Part shown: piece after piece, positions 19,899 to 29,160 of the stretch
How the letters are laid out: each line of letters opens with the position of its first letter
Position numbering within the stretch: the first letter of the stretch is position 1
DNA from: Parvibaculum sp.
GTDB taxonomy: Bacteria; Pseudomonadota; Alphaproteobacteria; Parvibaculales; Parvibaculaceae
NCBI GenBank assembly: GCA_040216885.1
Contig: JAVJOG010000008.1
Location: forward strand, 64,361-128,360
DNA length: 64,000 nucleotides
Reading direction: 5' to 3'
The notes under the pieces: generated by a model
What the model was told of the DNA's origin: nothing
What the model saw: only the letters and a program-made list of their open reading frames with translations
The model's database searches: none
Translations under genes and position numbers: made by a program

Positions 19899-21128
19899 AT
19901 GACGGAACGGGACGGCGGCAATCCGGCGCAGGGCATATTGGCAGGCATCCGCGTGCTCGATTTCGGCCGCTACATCGCCGGCCCCTATTGCGCGGCGCTT
20001 CTGGGCGACATGGGCGCCGAGGTCATCCGCATCGAAAGGCGCGAAGGCAGCGAAGACCGCTTCGTGCAGCCGATCGTGCCCGATGCCGGCCCCGGCGAAG
20101 GCGGCGAAGGCGCGATGTTCCTGCAGATGAACCGCAACAAGAAGGGCCTGACGCTCGATCCGATGACGGAGACCGGGCGCGGCATCGTCCGCCGGCTGGT
20201 CGCCACCGCCGATGTCGTTGTCGCCAATCTGCCGCCTTCGACCCTGAAGGCGATGGGCCTCGACTATGAGAGCCTTTCGGCGGCAAAACCCGACATCATC
20301 CTCACCACCGTTTCGGCCTTCGGTCACGGCGGCCCCTATAGCGAGCGGACGGGGTTCGACGGCGTCGCGCAATCGATGGTCGGCGCGGCCTACCTCACCG
20401 GACACCCGGACGAGCCGGTCAAAAGCTACGCACCCTGGGTCGATTTCGGCACCGCCTCGCTTTCGGCCTTCGGCACGATGGCGGCGCTGATGGAACGGCA
20501 GAAGTCCGGCAAGGGCCAGATCGTCGAAGGCGCGCTACTGTCGACGGCGCTCGCCTATTTCAACTTCCACCTGATCGAACAGCAATTGCGCCAGACCAAT
20601 CGTGTCGCGATCGGCAACCGCTCGCCCTATGCGGGGCCGGCCGACATTGTGCGCACAAAGGATGGATGGATTCTGGTGCAGGCCATCGGCGCACCGCTGT
20701 TCAAGCGCTGGGCGCGGCTGATGGGCGAGGATCACTGGCTCACCGACCCGCGCTTCAAGGACGATCTCGCGCGCGGCGACAACGGCGCGGTGCTGTCCGA
20801 GCGCACGTCGCGCTGGGCGGCGGCGCGCACGACCGAGGAAGCGCTTGCCGAGCTCGAGAAGGCGCGCATTCCGGCGGGGCCCGTCTATACGCCGCAACAG
20901 GCGCTCGACGACCGGCATATCCGCGAAATGGGCTATCTGAAGCCGCTCGATTATCCGGGCCTGCCGGGCCCGGCGCCCATCATGGAAACGCCGCTGCGCC
21001 TGTCGCGTACACCGGCGACGATCCGCGAGCGGGCGCCGGTTCTCGGCGAACACACCGATGTCATTCTCGGCGAACTCGGATATTCATCCGCCGAAATCGC
21101 CTCGTTTCGCGCCGAAGGGATCGTCTGA
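19899..21128 (+). CDS. CaiB/BaiF family (class III) CoA transferase
   Basis: LAGIRVLDFGRYIAGPY..LGDMGAEVIRIE, NRNKK, APVLGEHT. Confidence 0.93.
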   Translation: MTERDGGNPAQGILAGIRVLDFGRYIAGPYCAALLGDMGAEVIRIERREGSEDRFVQPIVPDAGPGEGGEGAMFLQMNRNKKGLTLDPMTETGRGIVRRLVATADVVVANLPPSTLKAMGLDYESLSAAKPDIILTTVSAFGHGGPYSERTGFDGVAQSMVGAAYLTGHPDEPVKSYAPWVDFGTASLSAFGTMAALMERQKSGKGQIVEGALLSTALAYFNFHLIEQQLRQTNRVAIGNRSPYAGPADIVRTKDGWILVQAIGAPLFKRWARLMGEDHWLTDPRFKDDLARGDNGAVLSERTSRWAAARTTEEALAELEKARIPAGPVYTPQQALDDRHIREMGYLKPLDYPGLPGPAPIMETPLRLSRTPATIRERAPVLGEHTDVILGELGYSSAEIASFRAEGIV

Positions 21129-21130
21129 CC

Positions 21131-22147
21131 GTGCCGGATCCCCTCGCCCGCTTTCCGCGTTTCCCGCTCGCCCATTTGCCGACGCCTCTCGCCGAAATGA
21201 CGCGGCTGCGCGCGGCGCTTGCCGCCCGCATGGATGGCACACTCCCGCGTCTCTTCATCAAGCGCGACGACTGCACCGGCCTTGCCGGTGGCGGCAACAA
21301 GACGCGCAAACTCGAATTCCTGATCGGCGACGCGCTAGCCAAAGGCTGCGATACGGTGGTGACGACCGGCGCCCTGCAATCGAACCATGCGCGGCAAACG
21401 GCGGCGGCCGCCGCCGCGGCCGGACTTCGCTGCGTCCTCGTGCTGTTCGACAGTGTGCCCTATGAGGGCCATGCCTATCGCGGCTCGGGCAATCTGCTGC
21501 TCGACCGCATTCTCGGCGCCGATGTCCGCGTCGAACCGGCGGATGCCGATGCCGCCGCCGTTTTCGTGCGTGCCATGAGCGAGATCGAAGCCGGCGGCGG
21601 CAAGCCCTATCTCGTGCCGGTCGGCGGCTCGAATGCCGTCGGCTCGCTCGGCTATGCCACCGCCTATCTCGAAATCTCCGACGGCCTCGACGCGCTCGGC
21701 ATCCGCACGGCGCGGATCGTTCATGCCTCATCGAGCGGCGGAACGCAGGCTGGCCTCGTCGCGGGCCGCGTGTTGCGCGGCGGCGGGCCGGCGATCGCGG
21801 GCGTCAATGTCTACCGCGCCGACAATGACGCGATGGCGGCCGGCATTCTTGCGCTGGCCGGGAAGACGACGGCATTGCTCGGCATTGCCGCTCCCGGCCC
21901 CGACGCCGTGGTGCTCGACGGCGCACATCTCGGCGCACGCTACGGCATGCCGACCGAGGAAATGCAGGCGGCGGTCGAATGCCTGGCGCGCGAGGAAGGC
22001 GTATTGCTTGATCCGGTCTATACCGGCAAGGGGATGGCCGGCTTCATCGCGCAGCTTCTCGCCGGCGCCCATGCCGATGTCGAGGCGCTGGTTTTCCTGC
22101 ACACCGGCGGCATGCCCGGTCTCTTTGCCTATGAGGACGAGTTCTAG
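21131..22147 (+). CDS. D-cysteine desulfhydrase family PLP enzyme
   Basis: KRDD..GGNKTRKLE, QSNHAR, DPVYTGK and FLHTGG (Thr at the positions where ACC deaminases have Glu/Leu). Confidence 0.88.
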   Translation: MPDPLARFPRFPLAHLPTPLAEMTRLRAALAARMDGTLPRLFIKRDDCTGLAGGGNKTRKLEFLIGDALAKGCDTVVTTGALQSNHARQTAAAAAAAGLRCVLVLFDSVPYEGHAYRGSGNLLLDRILGADVRVEPADADAAAVFVRAMSEIEAGGGKPYLVPVGGSNAVGSLGYATAYLEISDGLDALGIRTARIVHASSSGGTQAGLVAGRVLRGGGPAIAGVNVYRADNDAMAAGILALAGKTTALLGIAAPGPDAVVLDGAHLGARYGMPTEEMQAAVECLAREEGVLLDPVYTGKGMAGFIAQLLAGAHADVEALVFLHTGGMPGLFAYEDEF

Positions 22148-23574
22148 CTCGCGGCCTGCTGCAACGCCACGTCGGCGCGGCGGCGCAACACGTCCGCGGT
22201 GCGGTCCTCGCCGAGCGCCTCGCGGAAGCGTGCGGCGATTTCAACAAACGCTTCGGCGTTTGCGCGCGCGGTGCCGGTCGCGGTTCTGAGTTCCTCGAGC
22301 AAGCGGTCTTCATAGGTATTGAGATAGATCGTGATCTGCCCGCGAACGCTCCGGCAATGGCTTTGGGCGCCGACCGCTTCGCAGATCGGTGTCAGGCCTT
22401 CGAGGAACCGCAAGCAGGCGTTCATGCGTTCGGTGCGGACGGTGTCGGGCGCGCCGGAGATGTCGGGACGCAGCGGACCGCCGCGTCCATATTGTCCGAT
22501 CTGATGCAGCGGCAGGGCGCGCGGAAGATCGGTTTCAAAGCGGGCCATTTCCTGCGAGATCGCGGCCGAAAGGCGCGCCCGCGCGCCGAGCAGGCGTTGT
22601 CCCCATTCGCCGTGACGGCGCAGATCTATTTCGGCGGTGAAGCCGCGCGAAATGCGGGCGAAACGCTTTATCTCGTCGCGCAGCTTGTCGAGATCGGCAT
22701 GGCCCGGACGCTTGCTTTCGGCGGCCTGTGCGATCCGGTCCATGTCGGCAAGCAACAACTCGCCGAGAACCGCGAGCTCGCTGCGGCTGATCAGCATGTC
22801 GTTGCGATAATGGGCGACTTTCCGTGCCAGACGGAGGATTTGCCAGGGCTCGGCGAGGCGCGCCATCGCGGCAAACGGAACATAGAGCGCCGCATCGGCG
22901 GATTTCTCCCGCGCCTCTTCGTAGAGTTCCTTGACGGCCGTCACCAGATCGTCATTGAAATCGGCAGCCGATTTCGGCAGCACCGATTGCAGCTTCAGCA
23001 TCACGGGCGCGATCGACAACGCGGCGGCAATTGCGCGCGCGTCCTCGATGGCGCTCTCGCTTCCGAGCCGCGCCTCGATCTCGCGGCGCCGCGCGCCGTC
23101 GCGGCGCGCGTCGTCGAGCGCCGCGGCGATGGCGGCTGCGACCGAAGCGTGCATCACAGACACCGTGGTCTCGAGCGCGGGCGCGTCACCCTTCAACGTA
23201 TGATCGACGATACGTCGCGCCATGTCGGGCAACGCATCGGGCAGCAATTCGGATTCGAGCCATGCCCACAACGGTTCGATGACACCGCGCACGATGCGGC
23301 CCCGCGACCTGTCGACAGCCGGCGCGTCGGACAACAGGTCCTCGAAAGGCAGACAGAGGCGGCGGACCGGATCGGCCATGCCGGGCCGCGCGCCACGGAA
23401 GGAGGCGAGCAGCGGGCGCAGACCGGAGAGAATTGTCTCGTAGGGAAGGCCCGTGGTGCCGCGCAGCTTTTCGCGCTCAATGCCCGATGCGAGCTTCAGC
23501 ACGGCAGGCGGCGGCAACTGCGCCAGGTAGTTGGCCAGGCGCTGTGACAGCGATGCGTTCGGTTCGTTGGCCAT
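22144..23574 (-). CDS. Hypothetical helical protein
   Basis: Long ORF with host-like codon use, converging on the upstream gene with a 4-nt overlap; no motif recognised. Confidence 0.7.
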   Translation of the reverse strand: MANEPNASLSQRLANYLAQLPPPAVLKLASGIEREKLRGTTGLPYETILSGLRPLLASFRGARPGMADPVRRLCLPFEDLLSDAPAVDRSRGRIVRGVIEPLWAWLESELLPDALPDMARRIVDHTLKGDAPALETTVSVMHASVAAAIAAALDDARRDGARRREIEARLGSESAIEDARAIAAALSIAPVMLKLQSVLPKSAADFNDDLVTAVKELYEEAREKSADAALYVPFAAMARLAEPWQILRLARKVAHYRNDMLISRSELAVLGELLLADMDRIAQAAESKRPGHADLDKLRDEIKRFARISRGFTAEIDLRRHGEWGQRLLGARARLSAAISQEMARFETDLPRALPLHQIGQYGRGGPLRPDISGAPDTVRTERMNACLRFLEGLTPICEAVGAQSHCRSVRGQITIYLNTYEDRLLEELRTATGTARANAEAFVEIAARFREALGEDRTADVLRRRADVALQQAAS

Positions 23575-23847
23575 GACGTCTCGGCTGAACTCGGCGGCCC
23601 CCATGCCGCTCCCCAAGGCCCAACCCTAGGGACCCATGCTTAAAATTTGGTTCCATATCGCCGCAAACGGCGGAATTTAGCCACTTATGCCGGTCATTTG
23701 GGCGGGTGACGGCCCTTGCGGACACCGCCCGCAGGCCGGGATTTTCGTTAGCCCGGGCCAAATTTCGGTGATAGCGTTTTTTCCCGGGTGCGGCCCCGAA
23801 CGGCGGCATCCGTTCGTTCTATCTCTATGCGAGGCAATCAGCGCACT

Positions 23848-24054
23848 ATGGCTAGCGGAGTCGTGAAGTGGTTCAACGCCACTAAGGGTTATGGATTCAT
23901 TGCACCTGCCGACGGAGGAAAGGACGTATTCGTCCACATCTCCGCCGTCGAACAGGCCGGCCAGAAGACCCTGCAGGAAGGTCAGCAAATCCAGTATGAA
24001 CTGGTCGAGGGGCGCAACGGACGCTTCTCCGCCGAAAATCTGGTACTCGGCTGA
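23848..24054 (+). CDS. Cold-shock protein (CspA family)
   Basis: [23 protein letters not shown]. Confidence 0.96.
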   Translation: MASGVVKWFNATKGYGFIAPADGGKDVFVHISAVEQAGQKTLQEGQQIQYELVEGRNGRFSAENLVLG

Positions 24055-24104
24055 TCGACAATCAGCACCGGCGCGGGCGGCGGTGCCCGCCCGCCAAAAT
24101 ATCG

Positions 24105-24136
24105 AGGCCCTCCCCGGAAACGGTGGGGGGCCTTTC
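24105..24136 (+). terminator. Probable intrinsic terminator after csp
   Basis: aggccctcccc-g gaaa cg..ggggggcct hairpin followed by a short T run. Confidence 0.6.
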
Positions 24137-24167
24137 GGTTGCGGGCGGGCGCGTCTAGCATGGCGCC

Positions 24168-25535
24168 ATGTTCGGCTCCGCTTCGCTCATCGAGCGCCTC
24201 CACGCTCTCATCTGGGATCGCTCCCTCGACGACCAGCCCTTCTGGACGCGCACGATATTCATCGCGGCGCGGATCGGCTGGGCGACCGGGCGCGAGATTG
24301 CCGGCGGAGCGCTGAGCCTTCGGGCGATGAGCCTCGTCTACACGACGCTGCTGGCACTGGTGCCGGCGCTTGCCATCGCCTTTGCCATTTTCCGGGCCTT
24401 CGGTTTCGACAGCTACATCGAAACCATCATGGCCGATTTCCTGGCGCCGCTCGGCGACCAGGGCGCCGAGATCACGCAGCGGATGATGGAGTTCGTTCAG
24501 CGGGTCAATGTCAACGTGCTCGGCACGGTCGGCTTCGCCTTCCTGCTCTACACGGTCATTTCGCTGATCAACAAGGTCGAGGCGGCGTTCAACAGCATCT
24601 GGCATGTCGAGGCCAACCGGTCCTTCGCGCGCCAGTTCACCGAGATCGTCAGCATGGGCATTCTCGGGCCGCTGATCGTGCTGACCGCGGTCGGCATCAT
24701 GGCGGGGGCGATTTCCAACAGTTTCATCGGCAGTGCCGCCGAACACTGGCTGGTCGTCTACATCGTCGAGCAATCGAGCAGGCTCTTGCCCTTTGCGGTG
24801 TTGATCGCCGCCTTCACTTTCATCTACACGATGATCCCCAATACACGCGTCAAAATCGATGCGGCCCTTGTCGGCGCGACGGTTGCGGGCGTGGTCTGGG
24901 GCGCAGCCGGATGGACGTTCGCCACCTTCGTCGTCAAGTCGGCGCAATATGTGGCGATCTATTCGGCCTTCGCCAGTCTCGTCTTTTTCATGATCTGGCT
25001 CTACGCAGCGTGGCTGATCCTGCTCGGCGGCTGCGCCATTGCCTTCTATTACCAGAACCGCGCCTATCTGTCGGCGCAGGCGGGCGTCAGCCCGCTGACG
25101 TTGCGCCAGCTCGACCGGATGGCGGTTCAGGCTCTGCTGCTGATCCACGACGCTTTCGAGCACGCGCAGACGCCGTGGACCGAGGAAGCGCTGGCGCGGC
25201 GCCTGCATGTTCCGATGGAGGCGATGGGCGAGATTGCGCGCGCCTTGTGCAATGCCGGCCTCGTCACTTTCGCTGCCGGCAGTCCGAGCCGCTTCGTGCC
25301 GACCCGGCCGGCCGACAGGACCCGCGTCGCCGATGTTCTGGATGCCGTGCGGGCGCAGCGCTACAAGCGGCATGTCGAGGATGCGACGCTTGCGCATGAG
25401 CCCCGCGTGGATGCCTTTTTCGGCGCACTGGCGGCGCGGGAGGCCGAGCTTGCCGATCCGACCACCATCGCCTCGCTGCTGGCGGCCGAAGAACCTGCCG
25501 CCGAAGCCGACAAAGCCGCGGCCGCAGGCCGTTAA
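24168..25535 (+). CDS. YihY/virulence factor BrkB family membrane protein with C-terminal wHTH-like extension
   Basis: RAMSLVYTTLLALVP, AFNSIW, IPNTRV, YSAFAS..FMIWLY; C-terminal EEALARRLHVP..L.NAGLV. Confidence 0.87.
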   Translation: MFGSASLIERLHALIWDRSLDDQPFWTRTIFIAARIGWATGREIAGGALSLRAMSLVYTTLLALVPALAIAFAIFRAFGFDSYIETIMADFLAPLGDQGAEITQRMMEFVQRVNVNVLGTVGFAFLLYTVISLINKVEAAFNSIWHVEANRSFARQFTEIVSMGILGPLIVLTAVGIMAGAISNSFIGSAAEHWLVVYIVEQSSRLLPFAVLIAAFTFIYTMIPNTRVKIDAALVGATVAGVVWGAAGWTFATFVVKSAQYVAIYSAFASLVFFMIWLYAAWLILLGGCAIAFYYQNRAYLSAQAGVSPLTLRQLDRMAVQALLLIHDAFEHAQTPWTEEALARRLHVPMEAMGEIARALCNAGLVTFAAGSPSRFVPTRPADRTRVADVLDAVRAQRYKRHVEDATLAHEPRVDAFFGALAAREAELADPTTIASLLAAEEPAAEADKAAAAGR

Positions 25536-25660
25536 CTTCTCGATTCGATGTCAAAATCCGCGCCAGTCCGGCCGCAACCGGACGGCGACCCACGGGATCG
25601 CGCAGGGTCACGGGATTCGAAAATACCAGCAATGACGCGCATCGCGGACACCCGATTGTG

Positions 25661-25717
25661 TGTGTGTGAACTCTTCACACACATCCTCTTGACGCGCGCG
25701 CTTTCGGGATTCACGCT
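25661..25717 (+). promoter_or_regulatory. Perfect inverted repeat (TGTGTGTGAA-ctc-TTCACACACA) next to a sigma70-like promoter
   Basis: 10-bp IR at 25661-25683; TTGACG at 25689-25694 with CACGCT 17 nt downstream. Confidence 0.5.
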
Positions 25718-25723
25718 TGCAAT

Positions 25724-26025
25724 ACTGGGTTCAACAATTGAAAGGAGGTGATCCGATGTCTAACGGTCTGGTGACACCGTTTGCCATCGCCAGGTTTTCG
25801 ATCTCGACAGAGGGTCGTGTGGCGAGGCGGGTATGGTCGGATACTTCCGGAGACCTGCCTGTCTGAGCCTTTATCCTTCATCGCCGTACCGGCATTCGGC
25901 GCGGCGACTCTGCAATCGAAATAGATGGGCGCAAACGGGGCGGTCCAGAGACAAGACAAACTGACCGCGTCGCTGCCGTTTCCGAACTGGCCGCCGCTTT
26001 CCTCGGGGAGAGCGGCGGCCTTTTC
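25724..26025 (+). ncRNA. Candidate small RNA / sORF-bearing transcript (36-aa ORF at 25756-25866)
   Basis: Promoter-like element upstream, extended SD GAAAGGAGGTGATCC before ATG 25756, GC-rich hairpin plus T run at 25989-26025. Confidence 0.45.
25989..26025 (+). terminator. Intrinsic terminator
   Basis: ggccgccgctttcc-tcg-gggagagcggcggcc followed by tttt. Confidence 0.7.
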
Positions 26026-26073
26026 ACGTCGGCGTCATACGAACGGAATGTCTCACGAAGGCCGGGTTTCGCG

Positions 26074-26559
26074 TCAGCCGACGATCTGCCACGAACCGTC
26101 GGGCTGGCGGCAGGCAGTGCCGTAGGCCTGTTCGGCACGACCGCCGATATAGACGGTCTGGTTGTACTCGCGGCAATAACCGGAATTCGACTGATAGGAA
26201 CGGCCCGGATTGACGTAGCCGTAATTGCCGCTGTCCGGGTTGCGCCACTGCGTCGACTGACCGGTATTGAACGCGCTGTAGGAAGCGTTCTGGAGATAAG
26301 CCTGGTCGGCGCGGTCGAGGCTGCGGCCGATATTGTTGCCGACCAGCGCGCCGATCAGAACGCCGGCGCCCGTCGCCCAGAGCCGGCCCGAACCGCCGCC
26401 GATCTGCGAACCGGCAAGGCCGCCCGCGACCGCACCGGCCAATGTGCCGAAGCCCTCCTTCGGGCCCGTGCCGCCATATCCGTAACCGGGGCCGCCCGTC
26501 TGGCAACCCGCCAGCGCCAGGGCCAGTGTGCCCACGAGAAGAGTGCTTTTGATCTTCAT
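26074..26559 (-). CDS. 17-kDa surface antigen-like glycine-zipper lipoprotein (RT0821/Lpp0805 family)
   Basis: Lipobox LAGC, glycine zipper GAVAGGLAGSQIG, WRNPDSG, CREY..GTACRQPDGSW. Confidence 0.9.
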   Translation of the reverse strand: MKIKSTLLVGTLALALAGCQTGGPGYGYGGTGPKEGFGTLAGAVAGGLAGSQIGGGSGRLWATGAGVLIGALVGNNIGRSLDRADQAYLQNASYSAFNTGQSTQWRNPDSGNYGYVNPGRSYQSNSGYCREYNQTVYIGGRAEQAYGTACRQPDGSWQIVG

Positions 26560-26639
26560 AGCTGTACCCCATGTCCTGATTGAGTGATCCAACGGTCACG
26601 AGGATAGGAAACCGCCCTTGAGCGGAGGCTGAATGCGGC

Positions 26640-26656
26640 GTTCATCCGGCGTTCAG
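26640..26656 (+). promoter_or_regulatory. GTTCAT-N5-GTTCAG direct repeat (putative OmpR/PhoP-type box) upstream of the lipoprotein gene
   Basis: 11-bp periodic direct repeat; same half-sites recur at 29112-29128. Confidence 0.6.
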
Positions 26657-26682
26657 CTTCGCAGCCCGGATCGGGCCGGATT

Positions 26683-28053
26683 TCAGTCGGCCGATGCCGG
26701 CAGCAGGAGTTCGGCCCGCAGGCCGCCGGTCTCGGAGGTCTCGAGGCGCAATTCGCCGCCATAGAGTTCGGCGATCTCTGTGACGATCGAAAGGCCAAGG
26801 CCGGAACCCGGCTTTGTTTCGTCGAGCCGCGTGCCGCGCTTCAGCACCGTCTGGCGCGCCTCTTCGGGCAGGCCCGGCCCGTCATCCTCGACCGCCAGCA
26901 GAAAGAAGGGGCGTTCATTGTGCATCACACCCGGCGTCACTGTCAGCGTCACCCGCGCGGCGGCCCATTTGCAGGCATTGTCGACAAGATTGCCGGCCAC
27001 TTCCTCAAGGTCCTGCGCCTCGCCGCGAAAGCCGGTCGTCGCCGGGCAGTCGACGGCGATGCCGATGCCGCGCTCGGCATAGATGCGTTCCAGCGCGCGT
27101 GCGATCCGCGCCAGCACCGGGGCGACCGGCGTGTTGACGCCGAGCACATTGGCCGACGCCGCCATGCGCGCGCGGGCCAGATGATGGTCGATCTGTTCGC
27201 GCATCTGCGCTGCCATGCGGGTGACGGTCTCGCCCAGCGGCCCGTCATGCGTGCGCGCCTCGTTGGTCAGCACACTGAGCGGCGTCTTCAGCGCATGTGC
27301 CAGATTGCCGACATGGGTGCGGGCGCGTTCCAGCACCTCGCGGTTGCCTTCCAGCAGCCGATTGAGTTCGTCTGCCAGCGGCTCGATTTCTTGCGGAAAC
27401 TGTCCCTCAAGCCGGGTTGCGCGGCCCGAGCGTATCTGCGCCAGCGCGAGGCGCACGCGTTCGAGCGGCTGGAGACCGAAGCGCACCTGGATCAACAAGG
27501 CGATCAGCAGGCCCGCGCCCATCGCCGCCATCGCCGCAAAGAGCCAGGTGTTGAAGCCCTGAATTTCGGCGTTGATTTCGCCGCGATCGCCGGCGACCGC
27601 GAAGGATACCCGGATGTCGTAGTCCGGCAGTGTCACGCGGCGTTCGGCGACGCGCAGCGGCTGGTTTTCCGGGCCGGCGACATCGAAGACCTTGAGCCCG
27701 TAATCGTTGCGACCGGCGCCGCGGCCCGGCGCGAGATCGAGCGTCTGGTCGAAAAGCGAGCGCGAGCGCAGGGCCGGCCGTTCGGCCAGCGGCGATACCT
27801 GCCAGTACCAGCCCGAATAGACGAGATCGAAGCGCGTTTCGGAAAGGTCGCGCAGGCGAACGATATTGCCCGCGTCGTCGACCTCCGTCGTCGCGATCAG
27901 GCTGTCGAGCAGCACGTCGAGCCGCCCGTCGAAACTGCGCTCTACCGAATTGCGGAAGATGGCGGAGAGGATGAGGCCGCCGGCGACGAGCGCCACGACG
28001 CTCCACAGCGCCGCGCCCGCGACGAGGCGGAATGCGAGACTGTCAGACCGCAT
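26683..28053 (-). CDS. Sensor histidine kinase, PhoQ/FeuQ-like
   Basis: YSGWYWQ periplasmic motif, H-box GNLAHALKTPL, NLVDNACKWA, GSGLGL. Confidence 0.92.
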   Translation of the reverse strand: MRSDSLAFRLVAGAALWSVVALVAGGLILSAIFRNSVERSFDGRLDVLLDSLIATTEVDDAGNIVRLRDLSETRFDLVYSGWYWQVSPLAERPALRSRSLFDQTLDLAPGRGAGRNDYGLKVFDVAGPENQPLRVAERRVTLPDYDIRVSFAVAGDRGEINAEIQGFNTWLFAAMAAMGAGLLIALLIQVRFGLQPLERVRLALAQIRSGRATRLEGQFPQEIEPLADELNRLLEGNREVLERARTHVGNLAHALKTPLSVLTNEARTHDGPLGETVTRMAAQMREQIDHHLARARMAASANVLGVNTPVAPVLARIARALERIYAERGIGIAVDCPATTGFRGEAQDLEEVAGNLVDNACKWAAARVTLTVTPGVMHNERPFFLLAVEDDGPGLPEEARQTVLKRGTRLDETKPGSGLGLSIVTEIAELYGGELRLETSETGGLRAELLLPASAD

Positions 28054-28714
28054 CTTCCGGCGCCGTCAGCCTGTAGCCGAGGCCGCGCACGGTCTCGATC
28101 ACATCCTTGCCGAGCTTGCGGCGCAGGCGGCCCACAAAAACCTCGATGGTGTTCGAATCGCGGTCGAAATCCTGGTCGTAGAGATGCTCGACCAGCTCGG
28201 TGCGCGAGATCACGCGGTCGCGGTGATGCATCATATAGGCAAGCAGGCGGTATTCGAGCGACGTCAGCTTGATCGCCCTTCCGTCCACCGTCACGCGCGA
28301 GCTGCGCGTGTCGACGCGCACCGGCCCGCATTCGAGTTCGCTGGTCGCATGGCCGCTCGCGCGGCGCAGCAGTGCGCGCAGGCGGGCCAGCACTTCCTCC
28401 ATGAAAAAGGGCTTGGCCACATAATCGTCGGCGCCGGCGTCGAAGCCCGCCACCTTGTCCGACCAGCGGTCGCGCGCGGTCAGGATCAGCACCAGCATGA
28501 TCTTGCCGTCGCGGCGCCATTTTTCGAGCACCGTCACGCCGTCCATTTCGGGCAGGCCGAGATCGAGCACCACGGCGTCATAGGGTTCCGTGTCGCCGAG
28601 GAAATGTCCTTCCTCGCCGTCGCGGGCGCTGTCCACCACATAGCCCGCTTCCTCCAGCGCGCCGACAAGCTGCCGGTTGAGATCGGGATCGTCCTCGACA
28701 ACCAGTAGCCGCAT
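28043..28714 (-). CDS. Response regulator, PhoP/FeuP-like
   Basis: MRLLVVEDD, EEGHFLGDTEPYDAVVLD, YDQDFDRDSNTIEVFVGRLRRKL. Confidence 0.93.
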   Translation of the reverse strand: MRLLVVEDDPDLNRQLVGALEEAGYVVDSARDGEEGHFLGDTEPYDAVVLDLGLPEMDGVTVLEKWRRDGKIMLVLILTARDRWSDKVAGFDAGADDYVAKPFFMEEVLARLRALLRRASGHATSELECGPVRVDTRSSRVTVDGRAIKLTSLEYRLLAYMMHHRDRVISRTELVEHLYDQDFDRDSNTIEVFVGRLRRKLGKDVIETVRGLGYRLTAPEDAV

Positions 28715-28737
28715 ACCCCTGTCTCCGCTTCTGCCCG

Positions 28738-29088
28738 TTACCGGGCGCCCATAACCCGGCCCGAGCTGGCGTCGACCGCCACCACGACGACCCGGTTGTC
28801 CGCCGTCCTGATCTTCACATAGTAGGTCTGGCCCGCAAGGCTCATGTCGAGATAGCGGCCCGGATAGCTCGACAGGGCGGCCTGCTTGGCCTGGCCCGGC
28901 GAAATCACCCGGCCCTGACGCACGGCGTCGCGCGCATTGTCCTCGCGTCCCCAGTACTGGGCTTCGACCAGCAGGTCGGACGCCTGGGGGCGCCCGATCG
29001 CCTCATCGGCGCGCGCCGCGCCCGTCCCCGTGAAAACGAGGATCGAAGCGGCGAATGCCAGAGCGGCCCGTGTGCGTTTCTTCGTCAT
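28738..29088 (-). CDS. Periplasmic PepSY-domain protein (FeuN-like position)
   Basis: Signal peptide, ARDAVRQGRVI, V.VDASSGRV; first gene of the two-component operon. Confidence 0.75.
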   Translation of the reverse strand: MTKKRTRAALAFAASILVFTGTGAARADEAIGRPQASDLLVEAQYWGREDNARDAVRQGRVISPGQAKQAALSSYPGRYLDMSLAGQTYYVKIRTADNRVVVVAVDASSGRVMGAR

Positions 29089-29111
29089 GCCCCGGTCTTA
29101 GGTCATCCCGA

Positions 29112-29128
29112 CTGAACCCGCGATGAAC
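29112..29128 (-). promoter_or_regulatory. GTTCAT-N5-GTTCAG direct repeat upstream of the PepSY-RR-HK operon (putative autoregulatory box)
   Basis: + strand CTGAAC-ccgcg-ATGAAC, 24 nt upstream of the start at 29088. Confidence 0.6.
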
Positions 29129-29160
29129 GGGCGCTCCGGCATTCTGTCAGAATTCGCCGC

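Noticed and set aside
21131-22147. ACC deaminase (acdS) call
   Set aside because: Diagnostic positions read DPVYT and LHTGG rather than DPVYE and AHLGG
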